64,000 nt of DNA from Bugula neritina (lineage: Eukaryota > Animalia > Bryozoa). The stretch is from NCBI GenBank assembly GCA_964035545.1, contig OZ037766.1, positions 21,626,767 to 21,690,766 of the forward strand. Direction: 5' to 3'. Both the position numbers and the translations under genes were made by a program. The notes under the pieces were generated by a model that saw only the letters and a list, made by a program, of their open reading frames with translations, made no database searches and was not told the origin of the DNA. The stretch's first letter is position 1. Every line of letters begins with the position of its first letter. This document shows positions 21,498 to 40,100 of this stretch, piece after piece.

Positions 21498-24207
21498 ATG
21501 ACTGTGTTCGTAGTAGTGGTGGTGGCATGCACGTCACTGATTGTAGTCCCAGTACTTATCCTACTATGTGGTGAGGGAGATAGTGAAAAAAAGTAAGTGT
21601 AAAACTTGAAGATAGTATTCATGAGACATGGAAAAGATTTTCAATTTTACTTTCAGTTTAATAAAAGCTATTCTCTGAAGAAAACTTTGTTTTAATATGA
21701 AGAAATGTTCGGTGTTGAGATTTTATTTAAGTATTTTGTAATATTTTTGTAGCTGCTCTTATATGTACGTTATATTTGTTTTTTTGCAGATCAAACCCTA
21801 AACTGAAGTCAATAAAAAAGAAATACTCTACCAAACCTGAAGTTTTAGAAAATGGCAATTCTAATGGCTCAATTAATCATGGTTCCGAGGTATGAATAAG
21901 TTTGTAGTTACAAAAAGTGGGTAGACACACTGCTATGGAGTTAGTTACTTTCAGAGTTGTTGCCATCAGATCTTGGTCAAATTAACAATTAAAGTTCCTT
22001 GACTAAGGTTGTAATATTTTTAATTGATATTTTATAAAATTATTTTTTTAAGGATTGTAAATTATTAAGCAATCATCAGTAGTTGTTTTGCATATTGTAT
22101 TTGATTTTATTTTATCACAAGCTTTAGTGATTGATTTGGTCCCACTGTGCTTATTAATTGTTAGTTTTGCTTATTCAACATAATCATATTGTTCAAAGTA
22201 ATAAACTTGAATATCCGTAGTATACTTTAGTGATCAACTGATTAACAGTTTGTTATATAATAACATCAGCTAATGATAACTATAATGATTATTTCAATCA
22301 CCAATATTCATTATTAACCTACGAATATCAGTTTTAATCCTGCATTAACAAATCACTTCTCTTGGTATTGGAGCACTATACTGCATGGTATTAGATAATA
22401 TTTTATTCTAGTTATCTGTGCAAATTGTAGTTAAAGGTAAAATAATTAAATATAGTGAAAATTGCTTTTTCTCGTTCAAAAAATTGTATTGAAGAAATTC
22501 GTAAGAGTGAAGCTTGCACAAGATTCGCAGAAGTATTTGCTGAGATGCTGCCGCTTATTCTATTGCCTATGTATTCACCTAGAACTATAGATGTGCATTG
22601 ATAGAAACTGAATTTCTGACTATTTCATTTTCAGATGGTAGTAATACATCAACTTGTAAGAATATAACTTTGGCAAACATCGATTTTTTTATAGCAATTC
22701 AATGTTCAAAATCATTGAGATATTTTGCATGTTTTTTACTCTGAAAGCAGCCTACAAGTCCTACTGGAGTGCTGATTGATAGTCTGTTATTCATGCTGCT
22801 TGCTAAAGCATAATTCTAAAGTTGTCAATAATTACCACTTCCTTTTCTATACTTCCTAGTTGAGATAGCCCAATCAATGGTTGCAGATAAATAGTATATT
22901 GACTTGCAGCTGTTATAGTTCTAATGCCTGGTCTCTTGTTATTCAATGGCATGGTGTTATTTTTGTTGAGAGTGAGTAGATAATGTGCTCTAATACCCAC
23001 TGCTAAAATTTTTGGTGACTGGCAGTTAACGAAATCGTTCAATTAGCAGGGTGCAAGCAACTTACTAGCTAAAGTCACTCGTCAACTCTTATATGCTACT
23101 TGATTTTTTAATACCGATTAAAGTACCCAGCTCTGTGATCTGTATTCACTGCATGGAAGTAGATCTATGTTCTATAAACACTCGTGACCTACCACCTTTG
23201 ATACAAAGTAGTTTGCTAGGCTACAGGAAGTGAGTTATACAAACATTCCCACAATACTCTGCACTCATTTTCAAAGTCACAGCACTGATCTCCCCTGTTC
23301 AGAATCTAATACTTCTACCCGAAATCAACTGGTAACCCTAGAAAGAAACATTTGTGTAGATAGACAACCCATTAGCTTAAATGAATATTCTACATAAAGT
23401 ATACATGAAGGCTATAGTGTTTTACCATTGCTAATATGTGCTAGCCAGAGTTGTATAGTGTAACTAAGTGACATACCAAGTTCAGTGAGTCATACTCATT
23501 TTGATCAAATGCCATTTTTATCTCGATTGATCAGTGGCAGCAATGATGTTAACTGCTGTAATTTTGAGTTGAATTAAATTGGATCTATACGTGCAGGAAT
23601 TGCTCAGCGCAAAAGAATAATTAATATGGGTGCCAGGTTAGGTGTAATGCAATAAGGAAATACAAAAAGCATACAATAAAAGTTCAAGAATGATAGAATT
23701 AGAATAAGAAAAATGGAAAGTTATACCAATCAAAAGTCTTACTACATTGTATGACTGCAAGACCAGGATTAGCAATGCAAAATGTGGGGCCCAAAATTTC
23801 TTTTTTTAGAAATATATTGTCAACTTGCTATTTATTTTTTGTAAGATAATTCTGATGATGGGTCTGGTTTAGTTTAATATACTGGTAATATAGGTTGCAA
23901 CTATGATAATGTCAGTATTCTATTACTATAGAGTAGAGTATGTTACTGTCAAGTAAGTATTTTATCATACAGTAAGTGTGTTGTTATACAGTGAGTGTGT
24001 TTTTCTAGGCAGCAATTGATTCTGAAAAGGTCACTGTGCTTTCTGACGGCCCAGCTGTGGCAGCTTACGAGGAGATCGCAGGTGGCCCAAGTTCCTCCAA
24101 TGCCTATGATGAACCTGGGGCTATTGCAGCTAACTCTAAACTTATTAATGATACCATCACTACCAAAGGTAGGTAGCTCTAGCATAACTCCAAACTACTA
24201 CTGCTCT

Positions 24208-24250
<43 letters not shown>

Positions 24251-24329
24251 GCTACTACTACTGCTACTACTACTGCTACTACTAATACTACTGCTACTAC
24301 TATGGCTACTACTACTACTACTACTACTG

Positions 24330-24364
<35 letters not shown>

Positions 24365-27300
24365 GCTACTACTGCTACTACTGCTGCTATTGCTACTGCT
24401 GCTATTGCTACTACTGCTACTATTACTACTACTATTACTACTACTATTACAAAACTGGTAGCAAGTATTCAAATAAACAATATACCTTCTATGTGTATAT
24501 CGTTTCCATACAATGTGTGTGTTGACAGGTACCCGTTCGTCCATAGTAAATGAGGTTTCTCCCGTTAGCAGCCAGAGAAGCTCTCGAGCATCTAATAGCC
24601 AGACGAGAGTCACGTCTCAGGACAGAGCTCTTCCCAACCTTCCAGGCCAAGAACACTCCGCAAGGTCAGTATTAGGTCAAAAATTTTGATTTTCGAGAAA
24701 TATTTAACTTTCAAGATGTTAATTTTTTGGGGCACTTATTTGCTGGATACTATGGTTAACTTCTATGATGCGACTTGTTCTCTAAGCAGCTCTAAATTGG
24801 GGATGACTGAGTGCAGTAGTTTGTGGTTCTCCAGTTTGGAGTTGGGGGTTTCAATAAAGGTTTTAGGACCCACAGCAAAGTAAGATATGGGAGGAGCACT
24901 GTAGTATGGTAAACTTCTATGATGCACCACCAGTGATTGTCTTATATCCCATAGGCTGCAGCAGTTAATATGTTGTGTAAGATAGTTGACTGTTCAACTT
25001 GGGGCAACTACGATGCCAACACTGAAGAAAGATTTAGTGAAATTTAATGTATGGATTAATGATGTGCTATCCTGACACATTTAGTCACGTAACACAGTAT
25101 ATTAACAGTGCATAGTCATCACGTAAGATGTGAGAAATGTTACTGACAAGTGCTGCCACTAGAAATGTGACGTCTCCTAGGAAATACTATGATTACACAC
25201 ACATATATAATATACTTGAGTTCCAATGCTGTAATAGCATATTGGGTGTACTTGTGACTCATGATAAATACCATCTATTGGATCAAACAGCATTTCAAGA
25301 AACGAATACTGAAACTAAGAGTCATATTCTTACTTTTATTACAACCAATGATATCCATAGAGTATGCTTATACCAGGAAGTTATTTGTTCATTAACAAGA
25401 TGGCGCCATATCCAAATAGACTGGCATATTGAATGTTGGCCCTTGGCTTTGTGTTTGATTCAAGCCATTGCTACATATAAGTTGTCTTAGTGCTCTCTCA
25501 ACAGCAGTAGGTGCTTCACAGTGGCAATGCAACTGGTAAAAAGAAGGTGCTTTAGGAAGTGCATAGGTTTGGGAGAATAATAGTAAAATAGCAAGTCAAC
25601 TGTCTATTGCTTAAAACAGCTCTGTTTGGACCTCAAACTCCAAACACACAAAGTAAAAACTCACATCTCTGCAAATAAGTATAAAATTAATTATTTTGGA
25701 AACTTTAATTTAAAGTAAGTGGAATTTTACAACTTTTCTAATAAAATGATTTTGGAACACCCGGGGCCCAGTAGTTAGAGACTAATATGACACAGGTCCC
25801 CTAGTATGACACAGGTCCCCTAGTATGACGCATGTCTCCTAGTGTGACACAGGTACCCTAGTGTGACACAGGTACCCTAGTATGACACAGGCCCTCTAGT
25901 ATGACACAGGTACCCTAATGTGACATGTGTCCCCTGGAAGATTGAAAAGAGTATTTTTATGTTACCAACAGGCATTCCGTTACAAGTGAGAGATCTCCTT
26001 CAACAAAGAGAGCCTTGCCAGATATTCCTGCTGGCTCATCAGCTCTCCCTCTTGAGGATGATGGCAGCGACTTGTATGATGAGCTGAATCGTAACGTTGC
26101 ACCCAATCAAATCAGAGCAAAGTCCAAGTCTGTCAAAGGCAATGCTCAGTTGGCTATGGAGGTTAGTGGTGCTTATTTTGCATATATGAGTTGTATGCAT
26201 TTTGGTGTTCAATTGCAAACTATTGAATTGGTTTGGATTTTACCACTTGCAAGTCTGCATGTTAATAGACATAGCTAAAAGTTATGTAACACCAAAGCCG
26301 AACATATTTTTCAACTAAGCACCAATATATCCGTTGTGTTTCACATTGCACAACTTATGGTAATGCAAAATTCAAGTAAATATTATACATTGCTGTAAAA
26401 TTTTGGCGACTTCTATTTCTTGTATTAGGTTTCTTTTATCACCTTCATTTTAGTAACTGCCTGCATATTTTGTTTAAACATGTATAGTAGCCTACAAATC
26501 AAGACTCTAATTTAGATTGCATATGCACTACAACTGGCTGTATTTGAATGTAGATTGCATATTTACTACAACTAGGCTGTATTTGTTGAACAGATGTATG
26601 AGTAGCTAGTCAAGGAGGAAGTTTAACTAGCTCATAGCTGCACACAGATAATACAGTCATTTTTTCAATCAAATAAGACCTTTGACATTGTTTGATAATC
26701 AAAGGTCTTTTTGTAACCTTTTAGGGTGTATAGTGACACTGTAGTAGTCACTCTTGATAATAATGTATAGCAAATTTTTATACCTTGTGTGTTATCTATA
26801 AGGCTTATCATGATTGCTCTGCAGCCTGCATGCTTATTAATAGCTCTAACTATAGGTTATAAGATATAGAAGTTGCATTCCCATCATGTTATAGTATACT
26901 AACTTAATATTACCTTTTTTAAATAAAATGCTAATTATATTGTATCTCACATTGGTTTACTTAAACTGGTATACAGTTGAAGTAAATATGATGAAGTTTT
27001 GCGGTCAAATCAAATTGTTGAATATTCATTATTATATATATTTTTGCAAGTAGTTTTCTTTTTTAAAATGCTACTCTTTCTAATTGAATTATGACTTACT
27101 GGAATTTGTTTAGTTAGCAGCTATAGTTATTTGCACAAAGAAGTTTATCTATATAAGGCTAATGACGACTACTCTGAAGAAATACAGCCTGATGAGGTGA
27201 CGAGGAACTCTATAGTGTTTGGGGGGTCCACCTTCTCCCCCACTACACAGACCAATGAGCTCTACTGTTTGGTAGGAGATCCTGACGCATCAACAAGTGA

Positions 27301-27963
27301 ACCAGTTAAACCTTCTGGGACTAGTCTGGCGGTGAATTTACCAGATGATACAAAACATAAGGTACTGCTAGCGTGTATGAGGCAGGTGCAGGAATGGAGA
27401 AATTGAGAAAAGCCTGTGCACTAGATTAAAAATGTAGCTTAAGAAGTTATGTTCTCACGAGAATTTCAACCAGCCCCCCAAACCCAATTTTTTTTAATGA
27501 AGTTGAAGATCTTAGGCTATCTCAGTTTCTCCACTACTGCTCCTAGATGTCTTGTATAGCAACATCTCACAAAGAATAGGCCCTTTGAAACCACAACATT
27601 TTCATTCCTGTGAGAATTTCATTTATGAAAGTGTGTTGATGTTTTCTTTAGTTTTGTATTTTATTTTGGATTGTTATTTTAAACCTCTGAGTCATTATTG
27701 TTTATTAGTATGAGAGGTAATGCTAGGTTTTGATTTTAAGTGGTCAACATTTGTAAAACTTTGTTCCTGTTGTCATCTGTTGAAAATAATTAGCATAGTG
27801 TAAACTTGACAGCTTGCTGCCCGCTGATTTATGTATAATTTATTTAGGCTAAGGCTCCATATTCCAAGGTGAAGAAAGAGTCATATAAGAATGGTGTAAA
27901 ATCTCCAACCAATCAGGTAAAGAATAATTGCTACCATCACTGTCACAACTGATGCTACTGCGG

Positions 27964-28034
<71 letters not shown>

Positions 28035-28156
28035 GCTACTACTGCTGCTACTACTACTACTACTACTACTACTGCTACTGCTGCTACTGCTACTACTACT
28101 GCTACTACTGCTGCTACTACTACTACTACTACTACTACTGCTACTGCTGCTACTGC

Positions 28157-28209
<53 letters not shown>

Positions 28210-30936
28210 CTGCTGCTGCTGCTGCTGCTACTACTACTACTACTATGACTACTACTACTGCTACTGCTACTGCTACTACTACTACTACTATGACTACTAC
28301 TACTGCTACGACTACTACAATTGGAAGAACACTATTCACTAGGTGTTCCTCAAATATATTTATGTAGGTATTTGAGATATAAGTACTAGCAAGCCAGTTC
28401 AGCAAATCATAATTCTAGTAATATGAAATAAAAGGTTGAATTTTTCGGGTAATTCTTAGTTTCAGGATATACATTAGTTTAATAGGTCATAGAAAAAGTA
28501 GCATCAGAATAGTTTCAATGTTACAGACAGTATTTAATATCAACAAGTAACTGTGTTATTTGAACAAATTGACCTATTTTTGAAATTGCAATTTTTGTAC
28601 TGACTTGCTCAAAGTAAAACTGATGGCGGTTTTTACGTCTTCAATTTCATTTTCTCGGTCTAAAACTAAGTGCAGAATTTCAATTTTTCAAATAGTGTGA
28701 GCTTTGGTGGATGTTCGTAGTATGAGATGTTGAATGTCTATGAAATCATACCACAACCCCTAAATTTTAATTAAATTCTAAACTCCAGCTGAGAAAAATT
28801 TACACCTTTTCAACTGTCTGTAAAACTTCTAGAAAATTCTATGAGGAATTTATTAGCATGAACTGTGTTTAATGTAGGCATTAAGTTGAAACGTCTGCTG
28901 TTAGATGACTCATATGTTAGACAACACATCACGTCGCTGTCAAATAAATAGCTAGTCATATGACGGTATTCTGGATGATTTTGTACAGTTTAAACTAAGA
29001 ATAGGTGGAGTGTTTGATTTGTTACCACAAAAAGACAATTTTAAATGATTAGACTGACTGCTCAGTTTTGCCAACGTTGAGTCATATTTAACTTACTACT
29101 GTTCTAATACAACTTGTAAACTATTATAGGGCCTGCTTGATAGATAATAAATTCAACTAAGTGGGTTGTGTTATTTTAGGAATATAGCTTACAATTGGTT
29201 TGATCAGAGCTTTTAACTGCAAGTATTACAATTATTTTGATTAATTGTTGTGAGCTCCTAACCAGTGATGAATATCACAGAAATTCTACCTCAAAGAGTA
29301 TCTATAGTCTTTACTCCAGCCTTTCAACAAGTAGAGCTCACTTTCTAGTCTATTGCAGTCTTTCAAGAAGCAGGGATTACTCCATAGTCTCTTTTGCAGT
29401 CTCCCACTTTGTAGGGATCATTCTGTAGTCTATATTGCAGTCTTTCAATAAGTAGTATTTATTGTAGTTGAACGAGGCAACAGAGCCAATCTATTCAACA
29501 GCCCCTCCTGTTCCCCAGAAGATGTATGATCCTGACGTAGAGGCTGGTGAGACGGGTGCTGTCAACATGCGGAATGTTAATGTAGTTGTTGATGACCAGG
29601 CGACGGATAGTGGCAGCGGCTACTACGCTGTAGCCGGTGACGATCCATCTCCTAACCTTGAACCAACCCAACCTGGTGAGCAATCTACTAAGGAGCTGCA
29701 TTTGCTAGCTGGTTTTAGATATTTATATATTTTTTCGTTTTGTCTTTTCTAAAAGATTTTATTTAAATTGGAAAATTGTTCACTTTTTGAAACTTTATTA
29801 GCTTTTTTTTGGTAGTAGAATAGTACTAAACTAGCTTAATTTTATGCATTTGTGCCATAGCAATGTATTTAATGTCCTTTGAGAGCCAACATGCTTCATG
29901 TATGTTTAAGAGTTGCTTAACTTTTTTCTATATACATGGGGAATGTAGTTTTTATTCTATTTAAGTTCCTTCGTATATTTTCAGAGAGTTACGATACCCT
30001 GACTGCCCGAGAATCTATTGCTACAGTTCGAGCACGACAGGCTAGTAAATCTCAAGTAGATGATGACTATGAGTCTGTTGACGAAGTGAGTACCGCACAC
30101 TCCTTGCTCTTATGGCTGTTAAACAATGTTTCAACTTGCAGTGGTTTTTCTGATGACTAGCAAAACATTGAAATGGTTACATATTTTGAGTCATCAATAA
30201 GTTAAATAATTTGCTCACGTACATTTGCTAAGGCACACGAAGGAAGTAGATTAAAGTAAGAAAGTTTGCGAGTAATAAACCAAGTATTAACTTATGCAAG
30301 GTTCTATCATGTTTTGTTTCTTTGGATTAGAAGCAAGAAGGAAGTGGCTCAATACCAACTGTCTCAGTCACTGGATCCTACACTGATGGTGGTACTGAAA
30401 TTTACGCTGAAATTGACAATCTGACTGGTGCTGCAGCTACCAGCCGCCCAGCTAAGGAGGAACTGTACGATGAAATTGACTTGCTATCTGCTAGCAATGC
30501 CGCTGCCTCAGGTGCTGTTGGTAGTCAGCGCAAACTTTTGGCTCCTTCCCATGCTAGTGACCCTGGTTACGAAAAAGTTGACTTCAGTAAGGTTGGTTCT
30601 GCTAAGGTAAATGGTCCTGCTAGCGCTTCTAATGGTCCTGTGGATGAGGACGAAGAAGATTACGCAGAATGTGACCCACTGCCAGCTGGTGCAAGCGCTA
30701 ACTCCATCTCCGCTTCATCTGCCCAGCTCTCCCGTACAGGAAGTGATGTGTCAGATTACGCGACCGTAGAGGACAGCACTCGACCTCCCCTGCCCCAATC
30801 TTCTCTTCCCAATGGGACGGCAGCCACCAGTCAGGGTAAACCATTCCAAAAGTATAGTAAAAAGAAAGAACATCTGTATCAGGAAATTGATGAAGTGAGA
30901 GAGGAGGCAAAGAACCCACCCGACAAAAAGAATTGA
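21498..30936 (+). CDS. Single-pass transmembrane adaptor-like protein with many Tyr motifs (PAG1/Cbp-like architecture), ~622 aa
   Basis: Ten frame-consistent exons: 21498-21592, 21790-21889, 24009-24168, 24529-24664, 25972-26161, 27158-27361, 27848-27916, 29468-29675, 29985-30085, 30331-30936. N-terminal TM segment ending in Cys, then a disordered tail with YEEI, YDEP, YSKV, YESV, YAEI, YDEI, YEKV, YATV, YQEI and RALPNLP / RALPDIP. Confidence 0.8.
24193..24450. repeat. (TAC/TGC)n microsatellite
   Basis: Intronic trinucleotide run. Confidence 0.95.
25782..25935. repeat. 19-bp minisatellite (ctagtatgacacaggtccc), ~8 copies
   Basis: Tandem units just upstream of the exon at 25972. Confidence 0.9.
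27953..28318. repeat. (TAC/TGC)n microsatellite
   Basis: Intronic trinucleotide run. Confidence 0.95.
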
Positions 30937-31899
30937 TAACTTTTTGGAATTTTATTGATTATCTTATGATATTATTTTTGTATATATACATTGCTATTGA
31001 TAATAGTTTGTATCATAATTGATGTAATTTATTTATTAAGACATATTCTAGGTGCAGACGCGGGTATACATGTTATTGTATCCCTTGTGATGCTAAGAAA
31101 GGATAATTCCAATTTATATCTTGTTGTGTCTTCCAACATTATTATAAAATTTGATTACACATGATATTTTTGCCTTGAGTGTGGGTTATATATTAAGTAG
31201 TAATATGATTTTATAATTCTTGTTGTTAAAACAATACAGTTTATACATTTTAATATCAGTTTTAATACATACTTTTTTGTCACTTATTAATGTTTTTAGA
31301 CATATATTTATCTTTCCATATTGGTTAATACTTACTACTTTCTGTATCTTAATAGTTTAATGTTTAATATCACGTGTCCTCTTAGCTTTGATCACCATAA
31401 TCTTTAGTTTTCATAATTTCACTGTTCGATATTTTTTAAAGTTGATTCATATCTTCACTGCCACATTTTTCATCCTAATTCATGCGTAGTTATTTGTTGA
31501 TGTCCTCATTATAATAAAGAAATATTGTTTATAATAATTCATAAAGTAATTCTCATTCAGATGAACCATCTACTTAAATAACAATTATCAATATGAAACA
31601 GTAGTTCCTGCAGCAATCGAATGTCTGTGGCTATCAAAATTAGCATTATTTACTTAATGTAAATATACATATATATATAACGCCTATTATGCTCTTACTT
31701 AATGCTCAGCAATGACATTCAGTGACCACTCTAACCATGGTCACAAGTTCAAGCTGCTAGCACTTTGGATGGCTCGTGACTCCTAGGTGACCCCTAGAGT
31801 CACCTGAGCTCTCTGGCTTGAGTTTACACACCTTTTAAATATGCTTTAATAAAAACTTAAGTTCCTACTATTTCGAAGGTGTGGGCCATGGTACTCTGT

Positions 31900-31946
31900 T
31901 CTGTGCTGATGAGGGGACAAATCTCGAAACAGCTGTTGTACACAGA
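31900..31946 (+). ncRNA. Minimal type I hammerhead ribozyme (Penelope-like element type)
   Basis: Stem I TCTGTG/CACAGA, core CTGATGA (31906-31912), short stem II, GAAA (31926-31929), palindromic stem III ACAGCTGT, GTA cleavage triplet (31938-31940). Confidence 0.8.
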
Positions 31947-31961
31947 TTGATATACAATATA

Positions 31962-32096
<135 letters not shown>

Positions 32097-32202
32097 ATAT
32101 AAGATGCAGTTGAGAAGAAACTTTACAAAAATGTTAACATTCTTTCACAATATAGACGATTTATTTATTTTTGAACATGAACTTTCAATTTATTAGTACC
32201 CA

Positions 32203-37175
<4,973 letters not shown>

Positions 37176-40100
37176 GTTGTAGTGTAGTGTTAATATTATA
37201 CTGATATGATTCGAATAATTAAAATGTAAACTTTTTTCCCTGAGAAGTTATAATCTCCTGATAAGACTCTGTAACCAGTAGACTCTCTTGCAGGCTGGCT
37301 ATAATATCTATAAAGGAACAATGTAAGGGAAACACAGCTATAAAGCTATAAAGTGATAGCATATTATTGTTATACACAGTGCTCCACCACATCTCACTAA
37401 GGTCTCGTAACCATGTCATAGCAGAACACCAGAGTTAACCCACGGATCTGTGTAACCTTTATGCTAATGTATTAGATTTTTCAGTAAGCACAAAATAATA
37501 TAAATGATATCCTGTTTTGGTAAATGTAAATTAAACTATACTTTATTGTAGGCTATCTGTTGTAAAGAAGTTTCGAAAATTGCATTTGGCCAGCCACATA
37601 GCCGCTATAAATTTCCATGATTCCAATTATTTGCGTTTCAATTTTTTATATTGTTGAACATCTTGATTGTAGAACCATCAATATAGCGAAACTTATCTAT
37701 TTTGGATTATATTGTTAGTTTTTTGACTATTAGTTTGAGAGGCTGTCATGACTTTTAAATTTGTCAAATTATTTACTATTATAAAACCTGGAAATGAATT
37801 TTATTGTGTTAATTTATAATTCATAGTATCATGTAGCCTATAATAAAAATTTACCGTAATATCATACTTGTAGAACACTTACCATAAGATACTTGCTGAG
37901 TACATTTACCATTTCTGCTACGAAGTCAAAATGCAGTTCAAGGTCCTTGCCTGCTTGCCTGATTAATTATTTCACATTTACTCTGTCTGCCTATATACTT
38001 CACTTGAAAGCAACTGCAGCCATTAGTAGTGTATAGTCTTTATTTGTTTTAAGTTTGTAACTACACAAAAGATTATTAGTAATCTATTGTTGATGATTTA
38101 ATTAGATAGTTACAGTGTTATTCATTTCTACACCAGTTCACATTATTCCATTCAATATTGTGTTTTTGTATTTAAACAATTATTCAGAAAAATAGCAACT
38201 CAATCTAATATGAAATTCCTAAGGTTTGAAAAGGTTGAGCTTACATAACATTATGCTGCAATTTCTAATTTGTTTCACTTTTCTGTTACAATGATTATAT
38301 TTTAATTGTAGTACGCTATATATAAAAAGTTTTAATAATCACCACTATTGTGCAATGTTTATAATATGCACTACATACAAATTCGTAAAGATTAGGTAGA
38401 AGGACCAACACTAGGGATATTTTGGTCTCTCAAATTCATTTGCTTAAAGTTGTCTTTCCATGGCATAAATATTCATTGAATTAAAGTTGCTCTTAGGCAG
38501 TTACTAGCTGTTTAGGGAAATTAGGAACTTGGAGGACTAAGTTTTTAATATGAGGGTTATTAGTAGCTACAGAGATAGCATGTGACATGACTATGACACG
38601 ATATGAATTTAGACCCTTATATATTGTTGAAAGCAATTCATTAATTAAAACATTCAACCTTTCTAGCAGCACACTTATACTACTGAAGCTCTTCAAAAGA
38701 GAGCTCCACTATAAAATAAAGCACAGATCAAGTTCTATTTTAATGTTGCAGGACCAAAGAGTGGAACAGCATAATCTGCCTTAAGGTAGACTTCCAAAAA
38801 AGTCATAACTTGTACAAATACACTTGAAAGGAACAATTACTGACCATGCAAAGTTTGAAAAGGATTTAGAATGGTGATATTGCGAGCCAATATAATCATC
38901 AATCACTATAGTTACGTCACAAAACTGATATTATTTGTCCTTGCCGGTTATTGTTTTGAATTCACTTGTAACTATGCCAGTGTCAACTGAGGCTCCATTG
39001 CTGGACTAGTCACCGTAGATTGAGAAGAACAGCTTAGTTATATCCGTAATAACTGGTGCTGATGCTACAATATTTGAAATTTATTGGTATTCCAATTACT
39101 TGGTAGCAATAACTGAATAAAAAATGGTATAGCTGCAAAAATGGCAATCAACCCAACACTAACTTTATTAAGAGCACTGCTTGCATAAGCTTCTAAAGTT
39201 TGTTAAAAATCAGTCACCACAATGATTGATGTTATCTATAAACTTCGTTTTTAAAGTAAAGGTGGATTAAGAAATCTTGATGCTGCGTGTAATGCAACAG
39301 TTTGACTTTTGCAATGATATGGTCCCATTGGGTTTAATATAAAGTTATATCTGCAGTTAATTCCTTTATCCTGGGCTATATTTGACTGAAGGTTTGTGAT
39401 TCTCAAAGCAAATGTCCAGCATGTTCCACTGTATTGGAAGATAAAGTATTGAGATGTATACTTCATTGTGTTCAACCACCATACCCTATCGAAAAAATAC
39501 TGTTTTGCATATGTTCTAAAAAATAAACAACATTTTTAATTTTAAAAATTAATTGAAAGTTGAAAACATTTAAATAGCTGATGTTTTTATATAGTACACT
39601 ATTACTTTTTGCATGGTAGTTGGTTACCTAAAATTTCAGTAGCAGTTGATGGTGTTTAGATAGTTGCAACTTCCCATATATCAGCTGATCTCAATACATG
39701 CAGATCTATTATACTGGTTTCAACACGAATATCTTGGCCAGTCAGTTCTGAATTTGGATATATTCTATTATCATCAGTTTTAGTTCAAACCGGTTCTCGC
39801 TGGTTGAGATGAACTCATGAGCATATGTGCTGGCAAAGTACCAAATTTTTTGATCTTTTCACAACATTGATATTTTAGCAACACCTACTTGCACAGCTTA
39901 TGGCTAGTATGGTTAACTTGTAAAGATTTGAATGTGAAGCAATATGAAGCATGCTAAGAATAAGATGGGAAATCCATTACAACTGCAATTAAATTATGCT
40001 TTGTTTAGTTGAGCTTAGAAGCTAGGTGCTATTTTTATTTTTCTAATGGAGGAGTAGTATTAAACTATGAAAGCAAGTTGGTTTTGATCTACAAATATTG

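Noticed and set aside
23995-24613. Poly-Y, poly-S and poly-T ORFs
   Set aside because: Translations of an intronic (TAC)n microsatellite; the real exons use another frame.
24750-24926. ~21-bp direct repeats flanking ~135 bp
   Set aside because: Could be a TSD or old duplication, but the interior has no recognisable element features.
25782-25935. CRISPR-like array
   Set aside because: Head-to-tail tandem units with no spacers, in a eukaryotic intron.
26675-26709. 11-bp inverted repeat AAGACCTTTGA / TCAAAGGTCTT
   Set aside because: Too short for a pre-miRNA; no supporting context.
27881-28405. Poly-V and poly-L ORFs resembling membrane proteins
   Set aside because: Microsatellite artefacts.
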